This document shows, in pieces, positions 61,711-64,000 of a stretch of 64,000 bases of DNA; within the stretch, counting starts at the first letter, position 1, and each line of letters opens with the position of its first letter. Where the stretch lies: the NCBI RefSeq assembly GCF_001194135.2, contig NC_068988.1:27492659-27556658 (forward strand), written 5' to 3'. The position numbers and the translations under genes were made by a program. The notes beneath the pieces are model-generated. The model saw only the letters and a list, made by a program, of their open reading frames with translations, had not been told where the DNA came from and did no database searches. The DNA comes from Octopus bimaculoides (lineage: Eukaryota).

Positions 61711-62371
61711 TAATATGTAAATGACTGTTAAAGAAATTTAAATTTTCAAGACACTAAGCTAAAATACTTTGCCATCACTGGCCGATATTAATTTCCTCTT
61801 CTTGCATTGTTTAAAATTTTTTTATACTGAATCTTAACATTGTAAGACAGAATATTGTTGCCGAGCATAATGTATATTTATGTATTACTAAGTTGGCACT
61901 TTCTACAGATAACTTTATTCTATAGATTTAGTGTTCAAGTTTTATTGAATGTAATTGCACAATCTTACATATTTTATATTATACCAGCAACAGAAGAAGA
62001 AACAGCATGTATGTAACTGAGTTGCTGTAATGTATTATTGACTGAAAGTTTCCTAATTAGTCAAGTTGGTCTACAGATGTGGACATGAATATTTATGTTG
62101 CACCATCTCCGTCTCAGATATATTAGAGCTCTAGTACAGGTACCATTCAGGCCTTGTCAGCAAGACACATCATCATCATCTTCATCACAAGCTCTCAATA
62201 TATGAATCTGACTTTTTCCCTCTTCCTTAACTCTTCTAATAGCCTCAGTCACTGTAGAAACAGGTGTAGGGTTATAGTGAACTGTGTATCCACCGCTATC
62301 AAGGAATTTTGCTAGTATTGAACTCTCTATTGACTCAGCCATCTTTTAATTACACCTAGCAGGTATTTCAT

Positions 62372-62830
62372 CTATTTATGATCTATTGTTTGAGGTGCAA
62401 TTTTAGCAAGGTTATACTTGTGAGATTGCCAAGAGAGATTACCAGAGATTGTTAGGTTTAGCATTTGTACAGCTTGTGGGAGTTTTAGCTGTGTGTTGTT
62501 CAAGAATAATGTAGCTGTAGTGATGAATGAACATGTGACCCTTGATATGTATAGGGATTCGGTCACTGATTTCTTTGCAGACACCAAATCGACACATTCC
62601 CATTGGGGGACGTTTTGGAAGGTCTCTGTTCACCCAAGCATATAGACACCACCTGTATGGGAAAAGGTTTTGTGGAGTGAAGTGTATTATCATCTTCACA
62701 GGAGCGTGCATGGGAAGAAATGATAGTTGAAAGGTTACGTACAGAAGGAAGAGTGTGAAGGACATTAATCAAAGCCCGAGAGTACAAGACTTGAAGGGTT
62801 GTTTGTCAGTGGTTTCCCAATCATTGAGAT
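62372..62830 (-). mobile_element. CR1/L2-like LINE RT fragment, decayed
   Basis: SFTLFLLYV, SHARSCEDDNTLHST and VQMLNLTISGNLSWQSH resemble RT core and C-terminal motifs. Confidence 0.6.
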
Positions 62831-63424
62831 GACCTTTGTTTGGTTGTGATGCAGAAGTGTGAGTGTGTGTATGTGTGTGTGGCAATCTTCACCATCACAG
62901 ATATGTGATTATTAATCTTGTATCACATGATTCGAAATGTTTATTATTAATCAAAATTAATTCTACTCTCGGAAATTGTATTAGACTCACCATTCTCATT
63001 AGCATTTTGCTTAAAGTGCATTTTTTTTTTACTGTTTTAAGTTTACTGCATATAATTCAATGTCTCTCTCTCTCTCTCTCTCCACCTCTTTCTTTTTTGT
63101 TAGTTAATATATTTTTTAAATTTTATCTTTTGTTGCAATTGTCAACATTAGAAATTATTTTAAAACTTTGCACGTTGATTTCATTTCTTGTTATTGTTGA
63201 GGAAGTTCCAATGTCATCATGGTGGTTAGTTAAAAATGTTTGAGGAGTTTACTCGAGGAGAATTTAGCAGCTAATTCAGCAGATCAAATAGAATCTCCTT
63301 CATTGGTTCAATTTTTATTTTCAGTTTTTTCTTTTCTTCCTTATTTCTCTTGGTACTACTTAGAAAAAGATGGATCCTGTGTATCACCTAAAGGGAAATA
63401 TAATCACAAAATGCCAATGTCTAG

Positions 63425-63667
63425 AAATGTTTAGTTGAAGAGACAAGCAAGCTGCATGATACTAAACAAATAGTGTTCTGCTTGGATACAATTTCAAATG
63501 AAAGATACCCACTGGCATTAAAGGTTGATATCATTAATGGTACACTCATCGGTTCATTTGACCTTGAACTTAAAGCAGAACAAGTGAAAGATTTGAAATT
63601 GAAGTTGGCTATCATTAATTGCTTAAAACTATATAATCTAGACAGTTGGTTCACTGTTAAAAGATAG
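63425..63667 (+). other. 80-codon stop-free frame with protein-like composition, unassigned
   Basis: KCLVEETSKLHDTKQIVFCLDTISNERYPLALKVDIINGTLIGSFDLELKAEQVKDLKLKLAIINCLKLYNLDSWFTVKR*; only a weak acceptor. Confidence 0.25.
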
Positions 63668-63924
63668 ATGATGTTGGTCTTTATAGCAATAATAAAGTTA
63701 ATGCAAATGATACGCATGTGTGTGTATAATTTAACATGATTTTATACTCATTTTTTTATATTTAACATAAAACTTTGGAATTCTCTGATGAAGTACAATT
63801 ATCTTCTTTCAGTGGTCACAGATTGGTTGGCCTTTCACTTAACTGCTCTTGCTTCAACCTAGAAAAATGTAGATGCCCATGCTCATGCACACACACACAA
63901 ACTATCCATCTGTATGTGTGTATT

Positions 63925-64000
63925 TATATCATCATAATGTCCATTTTCCATGCTGGTATGGTTTGGCTGGTTTGACAGGAGCTAGTCAGGTCGTGGGTTG
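63925..64000 (-). mobile_element. Family C repeat 3' end, cut by the window edge
   Basis: catcataatgtccattttccatgctggtatggtttgg. Confidence 0.6.

Noticed and set aside
62157-62342. ORF ending in DEDDDD
   Set aside because: The acidic tail is a (GAT)n repeat; probably a retroelement 3' end, but the family could not be recognised.

Overview
This window is eukaryotic, strongly AT-rich, repeat-dense genomic DNA, with 12 N-gaps totalling about 2.8 kb, mostly next to microsatellites. The dispersed repeats match, from recall, octopus (coleoid cephalopod) tRNA-derived SINE families, so this is most likely intronic or intergenic Octopus sequence. I found no intact protein-coding gene, rRNA, true tRNA or CRISPR array. 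Most of the ORF track is microsatellite, gap or antisense-SINE artefact. Supported content: dozens of SINE copies (family A, CORE-like; A2, a composite; B, tRNA-head; C, Meta-like with a (GAT)n tail; D); decayed RTE, R4/Dong and CR1/L2-like LINE fragments; one full-length but dead mariner; and several MITE types (TTAA/piggyBac-like, hAT-like, Tc1/pogo-like, and an 879-bp CAC...GTG element with long inverted repeats). A few splice-signal-bounded candidate exons cannot be assigned to a named gene. The most interesting signal is a short Penelope-like repeat carrying minimal type I hammerhead-ribozyme-like motifs (3 copies). In one copy an 18-bp duplication could restore a monomeric helix III. Family names come from recalled motifs, not a database search, and repeat boundaries are approximate unless a TSD or TIR is quoted.
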